From a virus, in the IMG/VR virus record IMGVR_UViG_3300032579_000011, positions 14,899-78,898 of that record: a stretch of 64,000 nt of DNA, one strand, 5' to 3'. The notes beneath the pieces are model-generated. The model did no database searches, was not told where the DNA came from, and was given only the letters and a program-made list of their open reading frames with translations. Made by a program: the position numbers and the translations under genes. Below are positions 53,515 to 63,870 of this stretch, one piece after another (the stretch's first letter is position 1; every line of letters starts with the position of its first letter).

Positions 53515-54372
53515 TTACTTCTTCTTCTGTTTACCGCCTAGCTGAGAAGGGTCAGCAGTAGCGGCAGCGCCAATTGACGCCAAATCAGCAAGAGAACCAC
53601 CAAAAATATACGTTCCTACATGCTGCATTTTCATCCATGGGCAGAACCATGTCTTAAGTTCAATTTGTTGAGCCTTTTGACAAAACCAATAGTCTTCGGA
53701 CAAGTATCTCTTTGAGACTGGATCGACTTCAGCTTGAAAATACATCATGATCTCGCGAGTACCGTCAAAGTGCTCAGTGCGAACATGATCTGGCTTATAC
53801 ATATACTGAGGATATGAGTCCGTAAACTTCTGCATTGCTGGCTTAGTAATCATCATAAATCCAGTTCCAATTTCTAGAACTTCACAAGGTTCTCCAATAG
53901 CAATTGACTGTTGACCGCCCTTTGGATTAAATACAAAATCGCCAACAAACTTTTCAAGCACGTTAGGATCAGCATCGGCAACACCCTTATCTACCGCACG
54001 TTTAATCTTTTCCCAAGAAATACACTTTTTAGGATAAGGTCCGCCAATGATATCATACTTTTCTGGATTTTGTGCTTGAAGAGCCATCAAGGCGATAACG
54101 TCTTGGGGATTAAATCCAATATCAGAATCAATAAACATCAAATGTTCTGCATCGGAACGCATAAACTCATCGCAACAGTAATTTCTTGCGCGCGTAATCA
54201 GTGATTCGTTAAACAAAAAATAATATTGAAGCGGTATTCCATACTGAGCACAAATCGCCGAAAGATCAGCACAAGACTTAGCAAACATACCAGCACATGC
54301 GCCACCATACATTGGAGTGGCGATAAAAAGCTTACGCTTTCTTAATTCTTCTACGTTAATGTTAATTTCCAT
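53515..54372 (-). CDS. GT-A-like putative glycosyltransferase
   Basis: ATPMYGG, ESLITRARN, FIDSDI, GTGFM, YLSEDYWFC. Confidence 0.7.
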   Translation of the reverse strand: MEININVEELRKRKLFIATPMYGGACAGMFAKSCADLSAICAQYGIPLQYYFLFNESLITRARNYCCDEFMRSDAEHLMFIDSDIGFNPQDVIALMALQAQNPEKYDIIGGPYPKKCISWEKIKRAVDKGVADADPNVLEKFVGDFVFNPKGGQQSIAIGEPCEVLEIGTGFMMITKPAMQKFTDSYPQYMYKPDHVRTEHFDGTREIMMYFQAEVDPVSKRYLSEDYWFCQKAQQIELKTWFCPWMKMQHVGTYIFGGSLADLASIGAAATADPSQLGGKQKKK

Positions 54373-54375
54373 ACT

Positions 54376-54672
54376 TTATTCACCTTTATTTTTATAATGA
54401 TCGTTAAACAAACACATTAGCGTGTAATGTAGGGTTTTCATCAAGTCATCTTTGTTATTACCATTTTTCTTACCATAACGCCAAAGATATTTTAATCCTG
54501 TGTTACGAAAAGTAGGAGTGGCGTCCCCGAGAGCAATCCATGCATCAAAACATTGAACATCGTTTTCTGTTTTGTAATGAGCATCGTATGTCTTATCTAT
54601 ATAGGCTTTGAAATCTTCAATAATCCGATCTTCAGCATATTTGTATGAGATTTTTTTATCTTTACTTGTCAT
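54376..54672 (-). CDS. DUF3310-like protein
   Basis: TYDAHY, KYLWRYGKKNG...DLMK..HY. Confidence 0.7.
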   Translation of the reverse strand: MTSKDKKISYKYAEDRIIEDFKAYIDKTYDAHYKTENDVQCFDAWIALGDATPTFRNTGLKYLWRYGKKNGNNKDDLMKTLHYTLMCLFNDHYKNKGE

Positions 54673-55201
54673 TAATAATATCCACAATTCTTTCAAAGAC
54701 AACCAATTGGTCTTTTTTATTATTATTTTCAAACTTTTCAACGTTAAACATAATATTGAAGTTTGTCATTATGTTATTCAATTTAGTTTCTCTACCCGCC
54801 AACCAAGTTTCATTTTGGTCGCTACCGCGTTCTTTATAACGTTCTGTTCTAATATCTTTCGTAGTTGATAGATAAATTACTGTTGTATCGAAATTATCAA
54901 TACAATGTTCTAGGAAAGAAGAAGTAAATAACCTATCACCCTCAAATAATACTATACTATCTTTACTCAAAAAGTCAAGAAACTTTATTGCTTCCGGTTG
55001 TACTGCCATTGACATACGATCTGTCCCTGAAAATACTTCCCCTTCTTCGTATTTACCCAATACGTAAATGTTATCAAATTGAAGGTAAGGAACTAATTTA
55101 TAACTTGTATACTTGGGTTCAAATTTATATTTTTCCAATATCATTTTCATCAACGTGGATTTACCGGAACCAGGTTCTCCGCCAATAGCAATAATTTTCA
55201 T
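54662..55201 (-). CDS. P-loop nucleotide kinase (base-modification associated)
   Basis: GGEPGSGKST, GTDRMSM, FEGDRL, ERGSDQ. Confidence 0.8.
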   Translation of the reverse strand: MKIIAIGGEPGSGKSTLMKMILEKYKFEPKYTSYKLVPYLQFDNIYVLGKYEEGEVFSGTDRMSMAVQPEAIKFLDFLSKDSIVLFEGDRLFTSSFLEHCIDNFDTTVIYLSTTKDIRTERYKERGSDQNETWLAGRETKLNNIMTNFNIMFNVEKFENNNKKDQLVVFERIVDIINDK

Positions 55202-56340
55202 ATAAATTTCTCCAAATTATTATTCAAATTTTGATTAAAATCATTCTTAAAACATTCCCAATCATTATCCATCATTATAACTTGACCAGTCTTTAAATAA
55301 TGATTTTGTTTAATTGGGTGAAGACCTGGATCTGAAGGATTACATTCTAACCTTAAATTATTCGGTAAATATTTTTCTCTAGCTTCCCAAAATAAATTAA
55401 AATCTTCTTTACCTTCCCAAACCTTTTCGGCTCTTTTAATTCTATCATGAAACATATCCACATAGACATTAGGATATCTTCTATTTTTACGGTGCCAAGA
55501 TTTATAACAACAAAGCGTTGATTCAAGAGTAAAATAAGAAACGTCTTTATAAAAAGGTTTGTTTTTAAATCTTATTTTAGATTCTTCAAGAAGTAATTCT
55601 CCTTCTTCGATCAACCAACTTAAATGTTCTTTTTTATATCCTTGAAAATTCGGATTTGTTTTATTGTGCCAATCTAGATCATCTCTACCTAACACAATCG
55701 CTAAACCGTTTCTATGAGATTTACTACCAGACATATCCGTCAAAAATAATTCATCACAATCTACATCAAGCCCAATTATACGCTGATATTCAAGGAAAGA
55801 AAAGGTCGAAAGCCTACCAAAAGCATAAAATTTATTTAACACAGTTTCCCAACAGTTTTTGAAACTACCCAATTCTTCCCAAAATTGTTTTTGTGTTTCA
55901 TTACCAACTAAAGTTTGATAAGATTCTAGAGCTTTACCAAATTTAGTTTTACAATAGCGGCGGTCCATATCCCATTCTAATTTATTCCAATTATCCAATA
56001 TATATTGTTGAATTTCATTCGGATTAATATTGAAATTTGGATATTTTTTAAAGATGGTCCAAGTTGTTACTATATTTTGACTTACGCCGTTAATAAACGT
56101 CAACCAATACATATCTTCTTCTGTTAAAGAAAATTTGTATTGTAAATAAGGAAACATAAAATATACCGCCCCTGGATGAGAGCGATATTTAAGATGAAAT
56201 TCATAAAATCTTAAAAATACTTCGCGGCGATATTGTGGTTCGCGAAAATCCATACCTTGTTTGAGGTCAATTATTTCTTTTGTTTTTTCTATTTCGCTCC
56301 ATCTACCTATAGGATGGACACTATTTTCATTAATCATCAA
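55198..56340 (-). CDS. aGPT-Pplase clade 2-like DNA base transferase
   Basis: DFREPQYRRE, DMDRRY, FGRLSTFSFLEY, SKSHRNGL, ESTLCCYKS, RYP.VY. Confidence 0.75.
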   Translation of the reverse strand: MMINENSVHPIGRWSEIEKTKEIIDLKQGMDFREPQYRREVFLRFYEFHLKYRSHPGAVYFMFPYLQYKFSLTEEDMYWLTFINGVSQNIVTTWTIFKKYPNFNINPNEIQQYILDNWNKLEWDMDRRYCKTKFGKALESYQTLVGNETQKQFWEELGSFKNCWETVLNKFYAFGRLSTFSFLEYQRIIGLDVDCDELFLTDMSGSKSHRNGLAIVLGRDDLDWHNKTNPNFQGYKKEHLSWLIEEGELLLEESKIRFKNKPFYKDVSYFTLESTLCCYKSWHRKNRRYPNVYVDMFHDRIKRAEKVWEGKEDFNLFWEAREKYLPNNLRLECNPSDPGLHPIKQNHYLKTGQVIMMDNDWECFKNDFNQNLNNNLEKFI

Positions 56341-57718
56341 AGAAATCCTCTAAACTAGCTGCAGCTTCTTTCTTATACGGATCTTCCATATTATGAGCTT
56401 TCAGATAATCATACCACTCTTGATCTTCCCACATACCGGGGGAAACTCCGTTCCAAAGAGGTCTCCAAAGTTTATGCGATTTATTCAATCTACGCTCGTC
56501 GACAAATTGTTTACGTAGATTTTCATATTCGAAAGATTTAAGCTCAAGCATTTTTTCACGGAAATAACAAACGATTGAAATACGTTCTGCTTTTTCATGA
56601 TTGAGTTTAATTTCAGTATTACCATGAATTACTTCATGATTATTCACCAACAATAGGTCTCCAGGACGAACATTAACCGCTATTCTTACTTGCGGAAACA
56701 CTAGATATCCGCCTGTGTATTCTCCATCACCTAGAACCAACAGGTTCGATAAACCTTCGTTTAAATCTCCGGCGTCTCTATGACAAGCAGTCCTAAACGA
56801 TTTGTTAACAGTAATAGTTGTAAAAACTGTTCCAGGAACTAGATATCTGGGGTCAAGCTTATCAGCTGCTTCTTTTTGGTTGTTCCAACGCCATGGCAAC
56901 AAATCTTTGAATCCGCGATTCAAAGATTGTAGGAAAGGATAAGCTTTCTTAAATAGCTCTGGGTTTTTTTCAGTATAAGAAGTCGCGCGGCCGTAAGGAA
57001 TTCTCGGGTAACGATCATACCAACCAGCGACGCCCGAAAAAACGGATTGAGCGTAATTAGTGTCCGAAATCCATTCATTAAAAGCTCTTTCAGCTTCAGC
57101 TTTGATCATTTCATGAGGCTTATTACTTAGACCATCAACCCATTTATCAAACCAACCAAAATAATCAGGATATTCTTTCATAACTTCGCTACGTAACCAA
57201 ACGTGTCCGCGAACTTCTTCCTTATCGCCTTTACCTTCTTTATACTTTTTTCTAATAGATTCAACAGTTTTCTTTTCTCCAGTAAATTCCCCAAGATCAG
57301 CACCGTTGTCTAAAAACAAATTAAGAATTTCTAATTCATAAGCGTTCACCCAATCGCGGCCGCCTGGTCCTTGAGCTTCCAATATTTCTCCACGCGGGCC
57401 AGCAGCCAGTCCTCTGTTTTGACTTTGTGTCGCAGCTTCACGAAGCCCCTCGTAAGCCAACTTTTGTTCTTCTGTAGAGAAATAATTTTTACGAAATTTA
57501 AAAGCTATTCTACGTTCGTCATTACCTTTCATACAATCGCTACACTCTAGATCACAACTGGCTTTTCGGGATATATCACAAAGAGGTGGTAAATAACAAT
57601 CTGTATCTTCATTGATTACAATATCATAATCAGATTCAGTCGGGAACTTACCCAACATATGTTCTGAATCAAAAATTTGTTTTGCTACTATACGTTTAAC
57701 CATATTGTTCTCCTTCAA
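56330..57718 (-). CDS. TET/JBP-family 2OG-Fe(II) dioxygenase
   Basis: FTTITVN, RTACHRDAGD, GGYLVFP, HGNT, RISIVCYFRE. Confidence 0.85.
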   Translation of the reverse strand: MKENNMVKRIVAKQIFDSEHMLGKFPTESDYDIVINEDTDCYLPPLCDISRKASCDLECSDCMKGNDERRIAFKFRKNYFSTEEQKLAYEGLREAATQSQNRGLAAGPRGEILEAQGPGGRDWVNAYELEILNLFLDNGADLGEFTGEKKTVESIRKKYKEGKGDKEEVRGHVWLRSEVMKEYPDYFGWFDKWVDGLSNKPHEMIKAEAERAFNEWISDTNYAQSVFSGVAGWYDRYPRIPYGRATSYTEKNPELFKKAYPFLQSLNRGFKDLLPWRWNNQKEAADKLDPRYLVPGTVFTTITVNKSFRTACHRDAGDLNEGLSNLLVLGDGEYTGGYLVFPQVRIAVNVRPGDLLLVNNHEVIHGNTEIKLNHEKAERISIVCYFREKMLELKSFEYENLRKQFVDERRLNKSHKLWRPLWNGVSPGMWEDQEWYDYLKAHNMEDPYKKEAAASLEDFFDD

Positions 57719-57769
57719 TATCTACACATACTATATATGCATCAATTATAGCTTAATTGTGACGTATTA

Positions 57770-58153
57770 TCAACTTCTTATTTTCTTTTCTAAGATTTTT
57801 TTAACGTTTGGAGGAGTCCAACCTTCGGGCTTCATTATTTTACCATCTTCACGACGAAGTACTTTACCATCAACAAGTTTAGCCATATTACTTCTATGAA
57901 CTTCAGCAAAAATATCGTCGAGAGGAATGCCATAAGAAACGGCAGTACCACAAGCGATGTAAATAATATCAGCTAGTGCATCAGCGACTTCAACAAGATC
58001 ATTGAATGATTCACCGTCCATATATTCTCGGACTTCTTCTCTAAGAAGCTTTACTCTAAGCTTGCGCTCATCGTCATCAGGAAACTCTGGCTTATCGCCA
58101 ATACGCTGACCAAATGCCTGATGAAAATCACGAACGTCTGTAAACATAGTCAT
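57770..58153 (-). CDS. MazG-like NTP pyrophosphohydrolase
   Basis: LLREEVRE, ADALADIIY, EVHRSNMAK, DGKIMKP. Confidence 0.87.
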   Translation of the reverse strand: MTMFTDVRDFHQAFGQRIGDKPEFPDDDERKLRVKLLREEVREYMDGESFNDLVEVADALADIIYIACGTAVSYGIPLDDIFAEVHRSNMAKLVDGKVLRREDGKIMKPEGWTPPNVKKILEKKIRS

Positions 58154-58440
58154 TTTGATTCTTCCTTTTTTATAGCCCAAGCAGACCCTAGTGTATCTCT
58201 AAAAAATTTACCATCTGCAGCTTGCTTGATAGCATCTTTACCATAAGCTTTACTAATTTTTGAATCAAGAGAAGATTCTCTCAATTTAAAATTTCCCTTT
58301 AAATACGCAATAACAGAACGAAATAAAAAAATTCTTTCTTCTTTTTTACGGTGTATTTCTTTTGGAGAATTTCTCTTCCAAGTTTTTATTTCTTCTTCTA
58401 ATTCTTTTTCTAAAGACAAAATCATTTCGTCTTTATTCAT
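58150..58440 (-). CDS. Hypothetical protein
   Basis: Coupled ORF. Confidence 0.55.
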   Translation of the reverse strand: MNKDEMILSLEKELEEEIKTWKRNSPKEIHRKKEERIFLFRSVIAYLKGNFKLRESSLDSKISKAYGKDAIKQAADGKFFRDTLGSAWAIKKEESK

Positions 58441-58640
58441 TGCTTGTTACTCATAAGACAAATTGCATTACCTTGAGATGTAGGAACAAATGAACCACCA
58501 ACAGAAATGCACTTATCCATAGATGCATAATATTTCTCATTCGTACTTTGAACGCCAAAGTAAATCATACTTACAATACCTAAAACCATTACTGTCGCAC
58601 AGGTCCATCCAATAAACCAGTCCCATTCCCAACTACGCAT
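58437..58640 (-). CDS. Small membrane protein
   Basis: N-terminal TM helix, C...GG...C motif. Confidence 0.6.
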   Translation of the reverse strand: MRSWEWDWFIGWTCATVMVLGIVSMIYFGVQSTNEKYYASMDKCISVGGSFVPTSQGNAICLMSNKQ

Positions 58641-59172
58641 TGATCCACTCCGGAGGTTGTCTGTTAGTCCATTTGTGTAAATTTTTCTTACCTTCGCGAT
58701 AATAATTACGATAATTGATTATCGGGTCTTTAGAAATAATATACTCTTCTGCCATACAAGATGGCATCTCAGTCCACTCCCAAGCTTTCAAGTTATGCGG
58801 CGGAGATTGAAGCATATATGAGAGTTCACCGTAGCATTTGTGCGTTTTGTTATAACGATGATTATACTCTCGCATCAAAGCGTAAAAGTGATCTACGAGC
58901 CAATCGTAGTTACGTACAGAAGTGCGGCACCAAACGGCTGACGGATGATTGATATGCGTAGCAGCATACATAACATCGTCACGAGCGTCTGGAAGAATCC
59001 AACGACGAGCTTTACGACCAGTTGCTGATTTACCTTCGATTTCTTGACCATCAAGTACTCGATGTGCTGTCGAAAGCAGCTGTGCGCTCTCGAGAATCAT
59101 TTTAACAACGTGTTTATCTACGAGCGCCTGAGCAGCGTCCATAGGATCTTCGTCAACGTAGAAGATATTAAT
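58633..59172 (-). CDS. Pyrimidine-dimer DNA glycosylase (DenV-like) family protein
   Basis: NIFYVDEDP..AA...DKHVVKMILESAQLLSTAH, THINHPSAVW, YRNYY; probable ATT start. Confidence 0.75.
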   Translation of the reverse strand: MNIFYVDEDPMDAAQALVDKHVVKMILESAQLLSTAHRVLDGQEIEGKSATGRKARRWILPDARDDVMYAATHINHPSAVWCRTSVRNYDWLVDHFYALMREYNHRYNKTHKCYGELSYMLQSPPHNLKAWEWTEMPSCMAEEYIISKDPIINYRNYYREGKKNLHKWTNRQPPEWINA

Positions 59173-59223
59173 AAGAACCTCCATTTTATAAATAGATGAT
59201 AACGAATTACAAAGGTTATTATA

Positions 59224-59772
59224 ATGTTTCCTGAACCCAAAGTCAAACGTTTTCTTGATCGATATCAAAAGTTAATAGAAACATATAAATCAGTTAATGT
59301 TACGATACATGAAAATCATCACATATTACCTAAATGTCTTGGTGGTAAAAATGATAAATCAAATTTAATTAAGCTTCCTCCTAAAGCTCATTTTCTTGCC
59401 CATTATTTTTTATGTAAAGCGTATCCAGATAATAGAAAGTTGAAACATGCATTTGCTATGATGATTGTTTCTAACCCATATCAATCAAGACCATTTACTG
59501 GAGCTATGTATGAACAAGCTAAGAAAGAAAGATCTAATGCATTAAAAGGCGTTCCAAGACCAGAATGGGTGAAAGAAAAACTTAGAAAACCTAAACCGAA
59601 CAAAGAAAATTATAAAAATGCAAAATCAGAAAGTCATAAAATAGCAATAGGATTAGCTCTAAAAGGAATAGTACATAAAAATGACACTTGTATACATTGT
59701 GGTAAAATAGCTACTGTGTTTAATATTAGTCGATGGCATAACAATAATTGTAAAACAAATTTACTATTTTAA
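59224..59772 (+). CDS. HNH homing endonuclease
   Basis: ENHHILPKCLGGKND.SNLIKL..KAHFLAH; late promoter at 59187. Confidence 0.88.
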   Translation: MFPEPKVKRFLDRYQKLIETYKSVNVTIHENHHILPKCLGGKNDKSNLIKLPPKAHFLAHYFLCKAYPDNRKLKHAFAMMIVSNPYQSRPFTGAMYEQAKKERSNALKGVPRPEWVKEKLRKPKPNKENYKNAKSESHKIAIGLALKGIVHKNDTCIHCGKIATVFNISRWHNNNCKTNLLF

Positions 59773-60300
59773 AAGATGTTCATAATACTCTCCAAGGGGA
59801 TTCACTTGAATCGCAGAAACGTCACCACGTTTCCAGCTCTTCAAAGCTTGATCTCTATGATAACGATTAGCTCTGTTATAGAATATAACCCCATCTAGGT
59901 GATCTAGTTCGTGTTGAAATATTCTAGCACTCATACCCGTAAACTGTTTCGTCAAAGTGTCGCTGTTAGGCGTCTGAAAACGAACTCTTATATGTTGAGG
60001 ACGCTTTATTTTAACTAATAATCCGGGATAAGTCAAGCACCCTTCTTCAAGGGAAACTTCTTGTTCGCCTAATTGAACTATTTTGGGGTTGAAGCAAACA
60101 AAGTTTTCTGGAGCTCCTCTCATCGCAAAAATACGGTAAGGAACTCCAACTTGATTAGCAGCCAGACCAATACCCCCAGAGTCATACATGAATTTAACAA
60201 TTTCTTTGCTGAAATCGATAGGATCAAAAGGAGGGTGAGCGAAATCAAAAGGCTTACATTCAGTAGTAAGTATAGGGTCATTTGGTTTTACTAGATTCAT
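59764..60300 (-). CDS. def: Peptide deformylase
   Basis: GIGLAANQVG, EGCLT, QHELDHLDG. Confidence 0.95.
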   Translation of the reverse strand: MNLVKPNDPILTTECKPFDFAHPPFDPIDFSKEIVKFMYDSGGIGLAANQVGVPYRIFAMRGAPENFVCFNPKIVQLGEQEVSLEEGCLTYPGLLVKIKRPQHIRVRFQTPNSDTLTKQFTGMSARIFQHELDHLDGVIFYNRANRYHRDQALKSWKRGDVSAIQVNPLGEYYEHLLK

Positions 60301-60315
60301 TATTATTTTCCTTAA

Positions 60316-60477
60316 TCAATTCCAATGTTTTATTACTCCAGCGATAATAAATAGGTTTGTTATAATATAACTTAATACAATTACAGTTCTAATTATAGCG
60401 ATTTTATCGGATTCATCATCACTTTTGCCTGATTTTTCTCCGAGCGCCTTCGCCCATATGCGCCAAATGTTATTCAT
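60316..60477 (-). CDS. Small membrane protein
   Basis: WRIWAKALGEK...IAIIRT...HWN. Confidence 0.6.
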   Translation of the reverse strand: MNNIWRIWAKALGEKSGKSDDESDKIAIIRTVIVLSYIITNLFIIAGVIKHWN

Positions 60478-60523
60478 TGTTTTGTCCATGTAAATAAAAC
60501 TTAACTTAAAGAAAGGATAAAAT

Positions 60524-60901
60524 ATGAAAAACGGATTAACTATAGGACAATTTCTAGCCGATAAAGTAGCTTTTAGCATGGGATCTTGGACGTTTTTAAT
60601 TATACAAACAGCGATGTTGGCGGTGTGGATACTCTTTAACGTATTTTCTCCAAATAATTTTGATCCTTATCCATTCGTATTCCTAAATCTTGTGCTTAGT
60701 TTTCAAGCTGCTTATGCCGCTCCAGTTATCATGATGGCTTCTAATAGACAAGAAGAAATAGATAGAGATCGTAGTATAAAAATATACGATCTCGAAAAAC
60801 AACAACATAAAAATTTATCTCATCTATTAGAGCATATTGATCAACATTTTCATTTATTGAACCAAAGAATTGATAAAATCGAATCAACTCGCCAATCTTG
60901 A
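60524..60901 (+). CDS. DUF1003 membrane protein
   Basis: GSWTF, FDPYPFVFLNLVLS.QAAYAAPVIMM..NRQ. Confidence 0.88.
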   Translation: MKNGLTIGQFLADKVAFSMGSWTFLIIQTAMLAVWILFNVFSPNNFDPYPFVFLNLVLSFQAAYAAPVIMMASNRQEEIDRDRSIKIYDLEKQQHKNLSHLLEHIDQHFHLLNQRIDKIESTRQS

Positions 60902-62593
60902 AAAATTCTTGTGTTTTTCAAACTTGAGAACTCTATCAAATTTATCATATAATTGGTCGCCTTTATGACTTATTATAAACGTGTTTGTGTCAGAAGTCAA
61001 GCTTTTTATTATCTTAAGAAATTCTTCTGTGCCGTTTCCGTCCAACGAGCTATCGAAAACTTCGTCCATGATCAAAAGGTTAGTATTAATACTATTACGC
61101 AACTTAGCCACAGCGCGCCAAGTAAATAATATCGCCAAATTGATTCGCATCTTTTCGCCTTCAGAAAACGATTCATAAGAAAATTCGTCGCGGAACCTGG
61201 ATTTGATGGTTTCATTAAATTCCTCATTAAGTTCAAATTGACACATAAATTCCATCGCCGAAAGATATTTATTAATCAGTTTGTTGATAACTGGTATGTA
61301 CTGTTTGATGATACGAGCTTTAATTCCGCCATCTTTCAATAAGATAGAAGCAGCGTTTAATATGTTTCGATCCTCTTTAACGATGACGATTTTTAATTCT
61401 AACTCTTTCAATTCGTTTTCATAATCCGTAATATTATTGTCTGTGCCTTCAATCTGTTTGTTTTTAATTAAATTGATATCCTTTTTCAATTCGTTTATAT
61501 AATTATTCATAGTTTTGATATCAGTTTCAAGTTTATATATTTCCATCTCTTTATTTCTAATATCATTTAATATTAACATAATTTCATTGAGACGATTATT
61601 AGAAGCTTCATATTCTACGGCTAGTTTATTCAAACCGTCTTGCGATTCTTCAATAATCTCCTTTTTTTCATTTATAGTTTTTTCTCGAAAATCTTCTTGT
61701 ATTGATTGTTTACAAGTTGGACAATCTTTATGTTTATCAAAGAAATCAACATCGCGGTTCAACAAAGCAACTTTAGCTTCTATTTGATGTTTGAGTTGAG
61801 AAAGCTTTGTAATTTTCTTATTTACTTTATCTTGATCTATGATTTTTGAATTTAATTCTTTAACATTTTCAATAAACGTTTCTAACTTACTCAAATTATT
61901 TTGAATTTTGATTTCAGTTTCTTTGATTAAGATTTGCTTTTCGGAAATAATATTTTCGTTATTGTTTTGTATACTCAAAAGATGTTTCTTTGTTAATTCT
62001 ATTTTAGAATCAATAATTTTCTTTTCGGACATTTTATCACGCAATAGTTCATTGTTATCTGATAACTTATCTTTCAACAAAGAATTCATGGTAGTGAAAA
62101 TTTGAAGCTCTAACAAATCTTCGATAATTTCTCTACGATTAGAAGCGGATAATTGCATAAATGGTTGAAACGTTGCCGAACCAAGAACAACCACTTGACA
62201 AAACGATTTGTGATTTACTTTGAGTATTTGCTTTTCAAGTATTTCTTGATAATCTTTCATTTCCGCAGATTGATTCATCAGTGTCTCGTTTTGAAACACT
62301 TTAAACACCGAAGGCTTCATACCTCTAACAATTTTATACTCTTTATTTTGTATAGAAAATTCCACTTCAACTAACAATCCTTTTTGATTGATAGAATTTA
62401 ATAGTTGTGGTTTGTTGATTTTACGAAACGGTTTACCAAACAAAACAAAAGAAAGAGCATCTAGTATAGTAGATTTACCAGCCCCATTTTCACCAACTAT
62501 TAATGTAGTGTTATTTTCATTAAGAGAAATTTCCGTAAATATATTTCCGGTCGAAAGAAAATTCATCCATCTTAATTTTTTAAATGTAATCAT
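60884..62593 (-). CDS. gp46: Recombination endonuclease ATPase subunit (SbcC/Rad50-like)
   Basis: NFLSTGN, GENGAGKST, CPTC hook, FSEGEK, MDEVFDSSLD, ISH. Confidence 0.96.
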   Translation of the reverse strand: MITFKKLRWMNFLSTGNIFTEISLNENNTTLIVGENGAGKSTILDALSFVLFGKPFRKINKPQLLNSINQKGLLVEVEFSIQNKEYKIVRGMKPSVFKVFQNETLMNQSAEMKDYQEILEKQILKVNHKSFCQVVVLGSATFQPFMQLSASNRREIIEDLLELQIFTTMNSLLKDKLSDNNELLRDKMSEKKIIDSKIELTKKHLLSIQNNNENIISEKQILIKETEIKIQNNLSKLETFIENVKELNSKIIDQDKVNKKITKLSQLKHQIEAKVALLNRDVDFFDKHKDCPTCKQSIQEDFREKTINEKKEIIEESQDGLNKLAVEYEASNNRLNEIMLILNDIRNKEMEIYKLETDIKTMNNYINELKKDINLIKNKQIEGTDNNITDYENELKELELKIVIVKEDRNILNAASILLKDGGIKARIIKQYIPVINKLINKYLSAMEFMCQFELNEEFNETIKSRFRDEFSYESFSEGEKMRINLAILFTWRAVAKLRNSINTNLLIMDEVFDSSLDGNGTEEFLKIIKSLTSDTNTFIISHKGDQLYDKFDRVLKFEKHKNFSRLAS

Positions 62594-63654
62594 TCTAAAG
62601 CTATAGCCTCATTGTATATTTCTACAATTTTATTTTCTAATTTAGTTTTATCTATAGATTTATCTTCAAAAGACTCAATATAGTTTTTGAATATATCTAT
62701 TGTTGATTCAGCTTCATTAACTATATCTTTATCATCCTCGAGGTTTAAATTCAAATGGTCTTCAACTATCTGTAAATCAATGGGGTTAACGTTTTCTATA
62801 TTTTCAATGAATTTATCGAACCAATAAAGATTGTTTTTTTCTTGAACGATAACCTTAACCATACAATTTCTATATTCGTTGTAATTTATTTTATTGTTAA
62901 CGAATTTTTCATCAGAATCATTATACCAAATTTTCTTAAACATTTTGTAGGGGTTTTCTACAAATTGTATTTCTCTTGTTTCCGTATCATATACATGAAA
63001 CCCTTTAGGATCATTATAATCAGACCAAGTAAATTCTGCATGAGAACCTAGATAAAATATAGTCCCGTCTGTTGATCTATGATGATAATGACCCGACATC
63101 ACCAAATCAAATTTAGAAAAAATATTACGGTCGTCTCCATGAGATACAATAGAACCTTTATGCATCTCAAACCCTGAGATCTCCAAATGACCCATAACTA
63201 TTTGAGCTTCTGTAGATTTAATTTTTTCCAATGTTTGTTTTCTGTTATCATCACAAATCCAAGGTACAAACAATATTTTTGTTCCATCAAACTCTACTTC
63301 TTCCGGGAACTTGTCGTATATCTTAAACGGATAAGACCCCGAAACTAACTCGTTTAAAGCGTTGACGGAATTAGTGTTTTTAAAATAAGTATCATGATTA
63401 CCCGCGATGATGTGAACGTCGACGCCGCCGTGAGATAAAGGTTCTAGAAAATCTTCCCTGAGTCGACGAGCAGTATTAATGTTAATATATTTGCGACGAT
63501 CGACAAGGTCTCCTAGATGAATAACCGTACTAATTTCATTCTTAAGTAGATAAGGGAAAAAGATATTATCAAGAAATATTTTAGAATTATCGAGAAAAGC
63601 GACATTATCGTTACGAACTCCCCAGTGTGTATCTGTAATAAGAGCGATCTTCAT
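62590..63654 (-). CDS. gp47: Recombination endonuclease nuclease subunit (SbcD/Mre11-like)
   Basis: DTHWG, LGDLVDRR, GNHD, GHLE, SGHYH. Confidence 0.96.
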   Translation of the reverse strand: MKIALITDTHWGVRNDNVAFLDNSKIFLDNIFFPYLLKNEISTVIHLGDLVDRRKYININTARRLREDFLEPLSHGGVDVHIIAGNHDTYFKNTNSVNALNELVSGSYPFKIYDKFPEEVEFDGTKILFVPWICDDNRKQTLEKIKSTEAQIVMGHLEISGFEMHKGSIVSHGDDRNIFSKFDLVMSGHYHHRSTDGTIFYLGSHAEFTWSDYNDPKGFHVYDTETREIQFVENPYKMFKKIWYNDSDEKFVNNKINYNEYRNCMVKVIVQEKNNLYWFDKFIENIENVNPIDLQIVEDHLNLNLEDDKDIVNEAESTIDIFKNYIESFEDKSIDKTKLENKIVEIYNEAIALE

Positions 63655-63657
63655 AGT

Positions 63658-63870
63658 TTATCTTTTTCTAGTATTAGGGTCCATTCTTTTATTTTTAGAA
63701 TGATCTATTGGTTTACTTACGTTATGTTTATAGATTGCCTGCGCACAATAGTCTCTTATAGCTTCTAATCTGAGCTGATAATTCATCAATTCGTTTTCTC
63801 TAACATTTTTATCATTAAGTTTTTCAACTAAGTCTTGAATATTAATCGGTACTAAGTGTAGATTTTTCAT
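63658..63870 (-). CDS. Hypothetical protein
   Basis: MKNLHLVP start; lies between gp55-like ORF and gp47. Confidence 0.6.
   Translation of the reverse strand: MKNLHLVPINIQDLVEKLNDKNVRENELMNYQLRLEAIRDYCAQAIYKHNVSKPIDHSKNKRMDPNTRKR

Noticed and set aside
147-63051. Numerous short antisense or nested ORFs such as 147-476, 9081-9575, 14386-14811, 46648-47082
   Set aside because: They overlap well-supported genes and show no motifs or RBS; treated as shadow ORFs
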